From: Paragordius varius
Lineage: Eukaryota > Animalia > Nematomorpha
Direction: 5' to 3'
Assembly: GCA_964247055.1 (NCBI GenBank)
Contig: OZ176053.1
Coordinates: 10,664,001-10,728,000, forward strand
DNA: 64,000 nucleotides
Shown here one piece after another: positions 63,391 through 64,000 of the stretch (positions are counted from its first letter, which is position 1; every line of letters starts with the position of its first letter). The position numbers and the translations under genes are program-made. Under the pieces are notes generated by a model that saw only the letters and a program-made list of their open reading frames with translations, was not told the origin of the DNA and made no database searches.

Positions 63391-64000
63391 AAATCAATAA
63401 TAAACCTCATCATATATAGTTAACATTAAACTCAATATTGTTATCCGTGTTTTTGCATGAAAAAAATAATATTTTTTTATAAATCATTTTGTTATAATAA
63501 AAATAATTTAGACGATGTGGTATTTTTTTTATACATATATGTACGAAGATCCATTTAATATTTACGCATTGGATAAAAAATAAAAAAAGCAAAAAGATTT
63601 TTTTATAATTTGCTGTATAACTTCTTTTTATCCATTTTTTATTTCATTTTTACATTTTTTTTCATTCGAAATATCCATTGATTTTCTGCAATTCGTTTTA
63701 TGTATTAATGTGTGAAAGAAGACAAAATTGGTTTGGAATAATATTCTTTGAAACTTAAGGTATTCATATATTTCACTCTTTTTAATAAATTTTTAAGATT
63801 TAAATGTGTCCTTTTGTTTTCAATAATACAATTTAAAGGTTATTTCAGTCATGACTGATGATGCGGTTTTATTTATAAAATTATAATATTTTCGAAAATC
63901 ATTCTATCCGCTGTCCAATTCATATTCTTATAAAATGTTGTTTTGCAATTTTGAAAAATATTTACTCAAAAAGCCCACATAGTAATTATTTAATTTGATG

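Noticed and set aside
1-64000. rRNA, tRNA or prokaryotic operon features
   Set aside because: No conserved rRNA or tRNA signatures were seen, and the genes are spliced eukaryotic genes.

Overview
Very AT-rich (roughly 25% GC by eye) eukaryotic, metazoan-type DNA. It mixes micro-introns (21-30 nt, GT..AG) with kb-scale introns full of transposons. This looks like a reduced parasitic animal such as a myxozoan cnidarian; that identity is an inference, and a dicyemid is an alternative. Confident housekeeping genes, reconstructed by hand: HAD phosphatase PGP/PDXP (-, 8 exons), AF10/MLLT10 (+, about 18 exons), MRPL18 (+, 4 exons) and ZNF622/REI1 (-, 5 exons). The main accessory feature is a tandem array of four divergent two-exon class-A-like 7TM receptor genes (19077-42574, all -). 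They share an intron position and non-canonical micro-switch residues, and three share an exact upstream 12-mer. An orphan intronless 602-aa membrane protein with an FN3-like segment follows 133 bp downstream. The rest is dense DNA-transposon material: a 2.2-kb CAGT..ACTG foldback palindrome in an AF10 intron, a foldback with 21-bp minisatellite arms, a piggyBac-like parent element (its transposase relic seems to carry micro-introns) with about 9 MITE copies, hAT elements with 8-bp TSDs, and two Mos1-like mariner relics. No rRNA, tRNA or CRISPR is supported. All homology calls are from recalled motifs; no database search was run.
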